In this document: positions 1 to 8,304 of the stretch, piece by piece
Numbering within the stretch: position 1 is the first letter of the stretch
How the letters are laid out: each line of letters starts with the position of its first letter
From: Minisyncoccota bacterium
GTDB lineage: Bacteria > Patescibacteriota > Minisyncoccia > Phycocordibacterales > UBA5272
Direction of reading: 5' to 3'
NCBI GenBank assembly: GCA_041651055.1
Contig: JBAZJW010000001.1
Coordinates: forward strand, 373,325 to 437,324
DNA length: 64,000 nucleotides
Program-made: the position numbers and the translations under genes
Notes under the pieces: model-generated
Databases searched by the model: none
The model's input: only the letters and a program-made list of their open reading frames with translations
Told to the model about the DNA's origin: nothing

Positions 1-2057
1 GTTTTGTGTTGTGAGAATCACGCTATCATCACCCTTCACGAACAATGCAGAGAGAAGCTCATCACCATCTTCGAGGCGAATAGCGATCAAACCATTTCGA
101 CGCACATCCTTAAAGCTCTCGGCTGATGACTTCTTAATCGTACCGTTCTTTGTCACCATCATGAGTGATATACCTTCACTTTCTCCACCCTTTGACTGCT
201 TCATATCCTTCGGCATTGGAAGAATACTTGTCACATGTTCACCATCGGTCAATTGAAGGAAGTTCATGATAGATTTTCCACGAGTAGCACGCTTACCTTC
301 TGGAAGGTCATACATCTTGATCTGATACGCCTTTCCTTTATCTGTAAAGAAGAGCATGTCGCTGTGTGTCGAGGTCGTGAGCGACATCGTTACGAAGTCC
401 TCTTCTTTGGTATTCAAATCCACCACCCCTACACCACCACGTTTCTGTGTGCGGAATTCATCTGGGTCAGTACGCTTTACATAACCACCTGAGGTATAAA
501 CGAGCACTTCTTCACGGTCTGGAATCAAATCTTCTGGGTTGAATTCCTTCGCTTTATGTTTCACGATTTTGGTACGACGAGCGTCACCGTATTTTTCTTT
601 GATATCCGTAAGTTCATCTTTAATGATGCTCATCATTTTCTTAACTGACGCAAGAATTATTTGAAGCTCTGCGATAAGCGCTTGTACTGCTTTCAAATCA
701 TCTTCGATTTTCTTTCGTTCAAGACCAGCGAGACGCTGCAACTTCATTTCAAGAATAGCTGTCGCCTGAATATCTGAAAACTTAAACTTCTTCACAAGGG
801 CAGAATGTGCCTCTGGTGTATCTTTCGACGCACGAATAGTCTTGATGATTTCATCGATGTGATCAAGTGCTTTCTTGAGACCAAGCAAGATGTGTTCCTT
901 TTCAAGTGCACGCTTCAAATCAAATTCCGTACGACGACGCACCACTTCTTTACGGTGTCCAATGAATGCTTCGAGTGCGCCTTTGAGTGCGAGTGTCTGA
1001 GGAACACCGTCGACAAGAGCTACCACGTTGTAATGGAATGTACTTTCGAGTTCTGTATGTTTATATAAATAGTTTAAAATCTTCTGTGGTTGTGCACCAG
1101 ATTTCAAATCGATAACAACACGAATGTCTTTTGTCGATTCGTCGCGAAGTCCTTTAATGCCTTCGATTTTCTTTTCACGTACAAGGTCTGCAATATTTTC
1201 AATCAAATTACTTTTAAGAACACGATATGGAATAGATGTGATAATAATTTGGAATTGTCCACTCTTTGTTTCAAAAATTTCCGCTTCACCACGCACCACC
1301 ACACCTCCACGACCTGTCGCATACGCCGCACGAATATCTGATTGACCAAACGCCACACCTCCTAGTGGAAAATCAGGACCCTTCACGAATTCACAGAGAT
1401 CCTCTGTCGTCGCCGTCGGATTATCAATCAAATGCACCGTTGCATCAAGAACTTCAGTGAGGTTATGTGGAGGAATGTTTGTCGCCATACCCACCGCGAT
1501 ACCAAGCGTTCCATTGAGAAGCAAGTTAGGAACAGCCGTTGGAAGCACGTGAGGTTCTTTTTTTGTACTGTCATAGTTAGGAACCATGAGCACCGTATCT
1601 TTTTCAATATCACGAAGCATTTCCATAGACAGCTTAGCCATCTTCGCTTCGGTATAACGCATAGCAGCTGCACCGTCACCGTCAATTGATCCGAAGTTAC
1701 CTTGTCCCATTACGAGTGGATATCGATACGAAAAGTCTTGTGCGGTTTTTGTCATAGCATCATACACAGAAGCATCACCATGAGGGTGATAGTTACCGAG
1801 CACTTCTCCGACAACGGTCGCGGACTTTCGGAACTTGGCCCCTGGTGTGAGGCCCATATTATTCATCGCAAAAAGAATACGACGGTGCACTGGCTTGAGA
1901 CCATCACGTGCGTCTGGAAGTGCACGAGATGTAATAACCGACATCGCATAATCCAAATACGCAGTACGCATTTCTTCTGCGATATTGACCTGCTGATGAG
2001 CACTGTGAGCTCGTGGTTCTACGGGGGATTCTGAAGAAGAAATAGTCTTTTTTGCCA
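1..2057 (-). CDS. gyrA: DNA gyrase subunit A, N-terminal ~685 aa. Start at 2057; the C-terminus runs off the window edge.
   Basis: Reverse-complement translation from ATG at 2055-2057 gives [62 protein letters not shown]...GNYHPHGD...AAMRYTEA, the type IIA topoisomerase A-subunit signature. Not in the ORF track because no stop lies inside the window. Confidence 0.85.
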
Positions 2058-2234
2058 TAAGAATCAGGTGATAATAATCATTTTAGTATAGCATAAAAGG
2101 GACCGAAAGACCATATGCTTCTACAAAAATATTCAATAAAACAATACTCGATAATTAATGAAATACATGAGAATTATGCATCGTTTAAATATTAAATATT
2201 GTTTTATTGAATATTCTTAATTATGGACGTTCTC

Positions 2235-2573
2235 CTATTTTATGTACGTCTCTTTTCCTTCCAAAAGTGAACCGCTTGATTTACCAATAGAATGGAATTG
2301 GTCGTACGCTTCATTCCAAAAACTGGACAAGGCCTCACCTGGAGATTCCATGTTTGAAGGAGTGCTCGTACTTTGTACAACGAGTGCTGAATCATCCCTG
2401 ACATACCTATCATGCCAAAATCCGTAATCCGTATACAAAATAATCCCCGCTATCAGCACAGTGATACTTCCCGAAAAAATAAATGCATACACATGTTGCA
2501 TGTGTTTCGGCTGTCGCCGCAAAAAATCTATATAATATGCAAGACTTGTATATCGTTTAAGATGACGCTTCAT
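2235..2573 (-). CDS. hypothetical small membrane protein
   Basis: 112-aa ORF with one hydrophobic segment (FIFSGSITVLIAGIILY). No recognisable family. Confidence 0.3.
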   Translation of the reverse strand: MKRHLKRYTSLAYYIDFLRRQPKHMQHVYAFIFSGSITVLIAGIILYTDYGFWHDRYVRDDSALVVQSTSTPSNMESPGEALSSFWNEAYDQFHSIGKSSGSLLEGKETYIK

Positions 2574-2586
2574 GTATCGTTATTCG

Positions 2587-2952
2587 TTAGGACGTTCTTC
2601 GTTCTTCGTTAAATTTCTTAATAAATGCACTCAACATTTTCATAACATCTTCGAGTTTTAATGCAATCATATTAAAATCTTCATCAGCTATATACCCTAA
2701 TTTATGAGCCAACAAAAGTTGTGTTTCTACTTCTGCACCAGACCCATGTGAAATTTTTAAAAACTGAAGAAACTCCTTTTGCCCCCTTTTGCTTCCTTCA
2801 GAAATATTAGAGGGTATAGAAACTGCAGCCCTGCGAATCTGAGATGTTAAACCATATAATTCTTCTTTAGGAAAAGACTTAGTTGACTGATATATATCAA
2901 AACAAACATCAAAAGACTTTTTCCATACATCAAGATCTTTATACGAACTCAT
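2587..2952 (-). CDS. four-helix-bundle protein of the 23S rRNA intervening-sequence protein family
   Basis: 121 aa. DVWKKS...IPSNISEG...EFLQFLKISHGSGAEVETQLLLA matches the TIGR02436 / S23-ribosomal-like family. The gene is bracketed by inverted CGTTCTTCGTTAGG repeats, and its last 8 codons are encoded by the repeat. Confidence 0.7.
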   Translation of the reverse strand: MSSYKDLDVWKKSFDVCFDIYQSTKSFPKEELYGLTSQIRRAAVSIPSNISEGSKRGQKEFLQFLKISHGSGAEVETQLLLAHKLGYIADEDFNMIALKLEDVMKMLSAFIKKFNEERRTS

Positions 2953-3135
2953 GATAGCGTTAGTATATCCCCCTAACGAAGAACGACCTAACGAAGAACG
3001 GATTATCTACATTCCTCTAGTTCAAAAAATTGTTTTAGCTACGAGAAGCGACAATTTTTTGAAAGAAGGCGTACGCATAGTACGACGACTGCCAAAAATG
3101 CAGTCGCGACAAAGCAGATGAAGCAATTTTTTGAA

Positions 3136-3771
3136 CTAGAGTTCGTGGAAGAGAACAATTTCACCAAGCTTCCCATCAATATCCTTCTTCTTAATCGTAA
3201 GCTTCTCCACTGGTTCCACTTTTTCGGACCCCGCTTCTTTCAAAAAGACTGGAAGTGATTGTTCATCATAGTCCATCGGAATAATAAGCTTCGGTTCGAG
3301 TGCGACAGCGAGCTTCTGCGCGTCGTACGCATTAAGAAGGAATCCATCATGTCCAACTGGAACAAAAAGAAGATCTGTCTCATCGATGATTTCTTTGTGC
3401 TCGGAAGCGAGTGCTTGTGAGAGCGCTCCTAAGAACGTAATACGAATACCGTCTAAGGTAAGTACATAACTTGTATTCTGATATTCCTTTTCTTTTTTGC
3501 CGTCCATCAACTTGGTAGTCGTACCGAATCCTTTAATGAAAATATCCTTCACTTCATACTCTCCTGCACCACGAATAACGAAAGGAACTTTTTCTCCATG
3601 CTCTGTCTGTTCAGCGCCGTTGTAATCTGGGTGGTTCGTCGTAATGAGCGTAATATCCGCTCCATATTTGGCAACTTTCCCCTTCCCTTCTTTTGATACT
3701 GGGTTTATAGCCACGACCAAATCCCCGACTGTTAATTTGAAATGCTCTCGTCCGAAATAAGTGATAATCAT
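3136..3771 (-). CDS. MBL-fold metallo-hydrolase
   Basis: ITYFGREHFKL...PVSKEGK...HPDYNGAE...HDGF pattern typical of beta-lactamase-fold Zn hydrolases. The ORF track begins at 3813, but the likely start is MIITYFG at 3771. Confidence 0.55.
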   Translation of the reverse strand: MIITYFGREHFKLTVGDLVVAINPVSKEGKGKVAKYGADITLITTNHPDYNGAEQTEHGEKVPFVIRGAGEYEVKDIFIKGFGTTTKLMDGKKEKEYQNTSYVLTLDGIRITFLGALSQALASEHKEIIDETDLLFVPVGHDGFLLNAYDAQKLAVALEPKLIIPMDYDEQSLPVFLKEAGSEKVEPVEKLTIKKKDIDGKLGEIVLFHEL

Positions 3772-3791
3772 AGATCGCAGTCTACCAAAAT

Positions 3792-3826
3792 TAGTCAAAA
3801 GAAAAAAGCCCACTTGCGCGGGCTTT
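3792..3826 (-). terminator. intrinsic terminator for the 3852..4181 gene
   Basis: On the minus strand, AAAGCCCGCGCAAGTGGGCTTT hairpin followed by TTTTTTCTTTT. Confidence 0.7.
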
Positions 3827-3851
3827 ATTGAACACTGACGAGGTGCAGGTG

Positions 3852-4181
3852 TCAGTGTTTCGCAAAGCAGGATGTCACCTGCTTTGTAACCCGATAGGTC
3901 TCGCGACCATATCGGCCTCTCCGATCAACGGACAGTTTGACAGCCTTCCCTGTCGTTGCAACGCATTCCTGGTTGTTAGCGTGGTAGAAACGGACACCCT
4001 TGATGGTTGCATAGTTTGACTCGCAACCGTCTGAGGTGAAACCGTTAACCACACCACCCTTTTCCTCCACCCACAAACAAGCGTTAGTGAAGTGAAGATT
4101 TGCCGGAGCTTGGAAGTACCAGGCATTAGCACTCGATGCCGCAACAACGAGAACCATCACAAGTGAATTTTTCAGCTTCAT
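3852..4181 (-). CDS. secreted cysteine-rich small protein. Signal peptide MKLKNSLVMVLVVAASSANA; mature part ~88 aa with 4 Cys.
   Basis: Likely start at MKLKNS (4179-4181). Hydrophobic h-region ending in ANA-W. Lies in a ~55% GC island. No family recognised. Confidence 0.5.
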   Translation of the reverse strand: MKLKNSLVMVLVVAASSANAWYFQAPANLHFTNACLWVEEKGGVVNGFTSDGCESNYATIKGVRFYHANNQECVATTGKAVKLSVDRRGRYGRETYRVTKQVTSCFAKH

Positions 4182-4192
4182 GATAGCCCCCA

Positions 4193-4528
4193 TTAGCGAC
4201 GAGGTGTCGCAATGACCTCGTAGAAGCTCCCCGTCTCCGTCTTGCAACGAAAGACCTTGAAGAGCGACGCGTCGAGAGTGTTCACAACCTCAGTCACAGT
4301 GGAAGTGTATTTCCCACCACCGAGGTACAACGTATCTCCGACGGTGACACCAGGGAAATCGTTGATTTGTGCCGTGAGAACCCCCAAGCTATGCGCTTGG
4401 GTACTCGGATGGTAGGTCCGAGAGATCACGGCCGTCATACCTTTGGCGTGACGGTGTACTGGGTTTTTAACGATGCCCCTCGCATCGGGCAACACTTCCA
4501 GTGTTGCCATACGGTTACCGAAGACCAT
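4193..4528 (-). CDS. hypothetical protein in the GC-rich island
   Basis: 111-aa ORF with an AGGAG Shine-Dalgarno 7 nt upstream. Co-directional with, and 11 nt upstream of, the secreted protein gene. Confidence 0.45.
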   Translation of the reverse strand: MVFGNRMATLEVLPDARGIVKNPVHRHAKGMTAVISRTYHPSTQAHSLGVLTAQINDFPGVTVGDTLYLGGGKYTSTVTEVVNTLDASLFKVFRCKTETGSFYEVIATPRR

Positions 4529-4774
4529 TTTGGTGCTCCTAGTTGGTTATGGACCCAAGAAATTTGGGACCAAAAATAATATATCACAAATAAACTGAAA
4601 AGTCAAGTTTAAGATAGCATTGTTGGTCAAAAATACCTGGCGTACATTACGCCGGCGGCTTTTTTATTTGTATATCCATCTCTCAATAACTTGACATTTA
4701 CACTTTATATGATAGTGTAATAAACGAACATTACACGGGCGTGTGATGAATATATTGAAAAAAGGAAAAAGGAA

Positions 4775-5035
4775 ATGACAAAAACAACAGCATGGGAAAC
4801 CTTCACCTGGGCGATCGTGAGCGTCGCGATAGCCTACCTAGCTCTAGCTCTGGGAAGCACGATCACCCCAGACAAGGAACCTGTCCTCAAACTGATTGCA
4901 GGCCTCCTCGGATTGGCGGCCAGCGGAGCCGTCTGCTCCTACATCGTCAAGATGTTCGCCAGTGCCATTCGTGGTACACAGAAAAAGGAGCGCTCGAAAG
5001 ACGACCCCTCGATGCATGGCTGGGGGCCATATTGA
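4775..5035 (+). CDS. small membrane protein, 2 predicted TM helices
   Basis: 86 aa; WAIVSVAIAYLALALG and LIAGLLGLAASGAVCSYIV hydrophobic segments. GC-rich. Confidence 0.45.
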   Translation: MTKTTAWETFTWAIVSVAIAYLALALGSTITPDKEPVLKLIAGLLGLAASGAVCSYIVKMFASAIRGTQKKERSKDDPSMHGWGPY

Positions 5036-5061
5036 AACCAAAACCAACAAAGGAGACCGCC

Positions 5062-5262
5062 ATGAAGGCGTTCAAAGCTATTTTCCAGATCGGAATTAAC
5101 GGACTTTTTGTCTTTCTCTTCTACAAATGGGTGATAGAGCCTTTATGGCAATTCTCGCCACGGCTGACCGTTCTTTTTGCGCTTGCAACACTCTTCGTAT
5201 TCTTGCTTGCAACGAAAGAAGACGAAAGTCCTCACAACGACAACGCGCGGGCCGGACAGTAA
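5062..5262 (+). CDS. small membrane protein, 2 predicted TM helices
   Basis: 66 aa starting MKAFKAIFQIGINGLFVFLFY. Preceded by AACAAAGGAGACCGCC-ATG. Confidence 0.45.
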   Translation: MKAFKAIFQIGINGLFVFLFYKWVIEPLWQFSPRLTVLFALATLFVFLLATKEDESPHNDNARAGQ

Positions 5263-5295
5263 GCCTTTGTGCTTCGCCCCCCTATTAACCGCCTA

Positions 5296-5326
5296 GCGCA
5301 TCACGCCGGCGGTTTTCTTATTTTTG
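5296..5326 (+). terminator. putative terminator: short GC hairpin plus T-run
   Basis: CACGCCGGCGG followed by TTTTCTTATTTTTGT. A near-identical module lies at 4648-4676. Confidence 0.4.
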
Positions 5327-5566
5327 TATTACTTTGTATTCATACTGTTATTCAAATTGAATATTGAATATTTGATTCATTAAATATTTTTGACCCCTAA
5401 CCCCTAACTGTTGACTCCTAACTGTATTTAAAGTAGTATTACTCCCATCTATTAATAGATAATCGTTCTGGCGTAATCCCCGACTTGTGTGTAGTAAACA
5501 ACAAGACGGAGCCCAGACCGCAAGGTTAGCCGCCTTTCGTGGGCGGCCATTTTTTTACCCAACTAT

Positions 5567-6649
5567 ATGACAACAAGTACAGAACAAGTAGTGGCACCGT
5601 TTGCTGTAGGTGCAGTATTCTTTAAGGAAGAAGATATTGTAGAAGGTATCGTCGTTGCTATTGAAAAGGCAGCGCTCTACGTCGACCTCGGTACATCAGG
5701 AACAGGTATCATTTATGGTATCGAATTCATGAATGCGCGAGACGTTATCAAGCGTATTAGTATCGGAGATACTATTTCAGCGAAGATTGTTCTTCGTGAA
5801 AATCCTGAAGGCTACGTAGAACTTTCTCTCAAGGAAGCTCGTCAGGCTCTTATGTGGAATGACGCAGAACAGGCCATCAAAGAGAAGCGTGTTATGGATC
5901 TCGTTGTTAAGGATGCAAACAAGGGTGGACTTATTATCGAATGGCAAGGTATGGCAGGATTCCTTCCAGCGTCACAGCTTAAGGAAGAAAACTATCCTCG
6001 TATCGAAGATGGCGATAAGGACAAAATCCTACGCGAACTTAAGAAGCTTATCGGTAAGCGTGTATCAGTAAGTATTATTTCTGCAATTCCAAAGGAAGGT
6101 AAACTTATCTTCTCAGAAAAAGATGGAGGATCATCAAAGGAAACCAAGGAAGTTGCTATGGGCAATTACCTCGTTGGTGATGAAGTAGAAGGTACAGTAA
6201 CTGGTGTCGTCGAATTCGGTATCTTCGTTAAATTAGAAGACGGTGTCGAAGGTCTCGTTCACAAGAGTGAAATTGACTGGGGGCTTGTTGAAGACACTAA
6301 GGCTCACGCTCGTGTCGGAGAAAAAGTTCGTGCCAAGATCATCGAAGTGAAGGATGGAAAGATTTCACTTTCACTCAAAGCTCTCAAGGAAAATCCTTGG
6401 AAGGAAGCTGCAAAGAAGTACAAGAAAGGAGATGAGGTCGCTGGTGTTGTGATTAAGTTCAACAAGCACGGAGCACTCGTATCTATTGAAGAAGGTGTAG
6501 CAGGACTTGTACATGTATCTGATTTCGGAGACGAAGCAGCACTACGTGCAACACTTTCACTTGGAAAGAGTTACAAGTTTTCAATCACCCTCTTTGATGC
6601 AAATGAAGAGAGAATGACGCTTACATACGGAGAAGTGAAGAAGGCGTAA
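5567..6649 (+). CDS. rpsA: 30S ribosomal protein S1-like, four S1 domains
   Basis: 360 aa with repeated S1-fold segments (GxV.G.V....fG.FV....g.eGLvH.Se). Short S1 as seen in reduced genomes. Confidence 0.7.
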   Translation: MTTSTEQVVAPFAVGAVFFKEEDIVEGIVVAIEKAALYVDLGTSGTGIIYGIEFMNARDVIKRISIGDTISAKIVLRENPEGYVELSLKEARQALMWNDAEQAIKEKRVMDLVVKDANKGGLIIEWQGMAGFLPASQLKEENYPRIEDGDKDKILRELKKLIGKRVSVSIISAIPKEGKLIFSEKDGGSSKETKEVAMGNYLVGDEVEGTVTGVVEFGIFVKLEDGVEGLVHKSEIDWGLVEDTKAHARVGEKVRAKIIEVKDGKISLSLKALKENPWKEAAKKYKKGDEVAGVVIKFNKHGALVSIEEGVAGLVHVSDFGDEAALRATLSLGKSYKFSITLFDANEERMTLTYGEVKKA

Positions 6650-6704
6650 AGATAGAAGCTCGAAGCTTAAGACTGGAAGCTGGAAGAGAAACACAACACA
6701 GAAA

Positions 6705-6738
6705 AAGCGGCGCCTACGGCGCCGCTCTTCCTTTTTAC
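6705..6738 (+). terminator. intrinsic terminator downstream of rpsA
   Basis: AGCGGCGCC-TACG-GCGCCGCT hairpin followed by CTTCCTTTTTAC. Flanked by inverted GGAAGCTGGAAG / CTTCCAGCTTCC arms. Confidence 0.6.
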
Positions 6739-6756
6739 TTCCAGCTTCCCTCTTCC

Positions 6757-6846
6757 AGCTGTTAGCTGTTAGCTGTTAGCTGTTAGCTGTTAGCTGTTAG
6801 CTGTTAGCTGTTAGCTGTTAGCTGTTAGCTGTTAGCTGTTAGCTGT
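6757..6846. repeat. tandem 9-mer repeat (AGCTGTTAG), ~10 copies
   Basis: Direct reading. It overlaps the last 5 codons and the stop codon of pth. Confidence 0.95.
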
Positions 6847-7376
6847 CCATTATATCTCTCCATCGCTTTCTGATATCCATCACTCGCGATAGTTTGCAGT
6901 GCACCTAATACACGAGAAGCAATTTCACGAAGTGATGTCTCCTCATCATCCCTAATCTTTCCCATGACATAATCCTGCACATCAGAACCTGATGGTGCGA
7001 GCACGACTTTACCATCGACATCATGTGGAGCAATACCGATACGAATACGAATAAAATCTTTTTTACCAAGAGACTCAATAATGTTTTTTACACCATTATG
7101 TCCACCATCTCCTCTATCAAATGAAATTCTAAATGTTCCAAACGCTAGATCTTTGTCATCATAAATAACAACAAGCTCGCGACCTTCGTGATAGCGTAAG
7201 TATTCACTCACCGCTTTGCCGCTTTCATTCATAAATGTTTCTGGTACGAATATTTCGTAGTCACTCATATGAGCAATGTCGCTTTCTATAGTCGCAAGCA
7301 TCACACGCGCAGCATTGTGACGTGTGCGCGCATACTTTTCACCAGGGTTGCCGAGCGGAACGAGTGTATAAATCAT
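6825..7376 (-). CDS. pth: peptidyl-tRNA hydrolase
   Basis: MIYTLVPLGNPGEKYARTRHNAARVMLA...HNGVKNII matches the Pth family N-terminal and catalytic-His motifs. Confidence 0.85.
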   Translation of the reverse strand: MIYTLVPLGNPGEKYARTRHNAARVMLATIESDIAHMSDYEIFVPETFMNESGKAVSEYLRYHEGRELVVIYDDKDLAFGTFRISFDRGDGGHNGVKNIIESLGKKDFIRIRIGIAPHDVDGKVVLAPSGSDVQDYVMGKIRDDEETSLREIASRVLGALQTIASDGYQKAMERYNGQLTANS

Positions 7377-7471
7377 ACTCGCAGTCTAGCATTAGCTAGA
7401 CTGCGAGTAAATTTTTAATTTTTAGTTCTTAATTTTTAATGAAACACGTAATGCAGGTATCGGTATTTACC

Positions 7472-7500
7472 TAAAAACTAAAAACTGGAAACTAAAAACT
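7472..7500 (+). promoter_or_regulatory. A-rich AAAACT box, copy 1
   Basis: TAAAAACTAAAAACTGGAAACTAAAAACT. It sits 32 nt before a TATACT -10 (7533-7538) and the lepB ATG (7548). Confidence 0.5.
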
Positions 7501-7523
7501 ATTCATGTGTTGCATAGCAACAC

Positions 7524-8276
7524 ATGAATCTATATACTGACCCCATAATGATTTCTTCTCTTGAACAAACACTGCTCGGTTCGCTCTCTGATGTTCTACA
7601 GAATCCTGTGTCGATGGTTATCTTTGGACTTCTTTCACTACTCATTATCGCTCTTATTTTTGCGAGCGTTTTTCCAACATGGAGACAAGGTCTCGTTGCC
7701 ATTAAAGTGCTCGAAAAAGAAGAAAAACCATCGTCACTCCTTCTTTGGATTATAGGAATAATTATTCTCGTAAAATGTATTCAAGGGTTTCTCATTCAAC
7801 CATTCATTGTCGATGGAGGATCCATGCTTCCAACGTATCATGATAAAGAGTTCCTCCTCGTCGATAAATTTTCATACATTTTTGGAGAACCAAAACGTGG
7901 AGAAGTTATGATTTTCAAACTCTACGAAAGCGACACCAATCCGTATCAAGGGAAACATCTCATCAAACGCGTCATTGGATTACCTGGTGAACGAATCGTT
8001 GTACAAAGTGGTGTGACCACCATTTACAACAAAGAGAACCCTAACGGATTTATTCTTGAAGAACCATACGTATCATACAAAGATTTACAAAAAGATACAG
8101 ATATTACCTTAGATGATCACCATTATTTTATGATGGGAGACAATCGCGCACAGAGTTATGACAGTAGATCGTGGGGAGCGCTCGATGCGAAAGATATCAA
8201 AGGTCAAGTGTTGTTCCGTGTGTATCCGTTCTCTACGGCTGCGTACGAGCCAGGAAGGTTTCTTTATACAAAATAG
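7524..8276 (+). CDS. lepB: signal peptidase I
   Basis: GGSMLPT...KRVIGLPGE...GDNR motifs of the S26 family. The functional start may be ATG 7548 (MISSLEQ...). Confidence 0.8.
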   Translation: MNLYTDPIMISSLEQTLLGSLSDVLQNPVSMVIFGLLSLLIIALIFASVFPTWRQGLVAIKVLEKEEKPSSLLLWIIGIIILVKCIQGFLIQPFIVDGGSMLPTYHDKEFLLVDKFSYIFGEPKRGEVMIFKLYESDTNPYQGKHLIKRVIGLPGERIVVQSGVTTIYNKENPNGFILEEPYVSYKDLQKDTDITLDDHHYFMMGDNRAQSYDSRSWGALDAKDIKGQVLFRVYPFSTAAYEPGRFLYTK

Positions 8277-8304
8277 TATTCGTAATTAATAACCGCCACA
8301 CTGT

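Noticed and set aside
4792-5262. 156-aa ORF spanning both small membrane-protein genes in another frame
   Set aside because: It overlaps 4775..5035 out of frame and gives an R/P-rich low-complexity translation. The two short in-frame ORFs with their own start signals are preferred.
6757-6846. Tandem repeats of AGCTGTTAG, and GTCGTTAG at 14967, considered as a possible CRISPR array
   Set aside because: The units are 8-9 bp with no spacers, and no cas genes are nearby. These are simple tandem microsatellite-like repeats.
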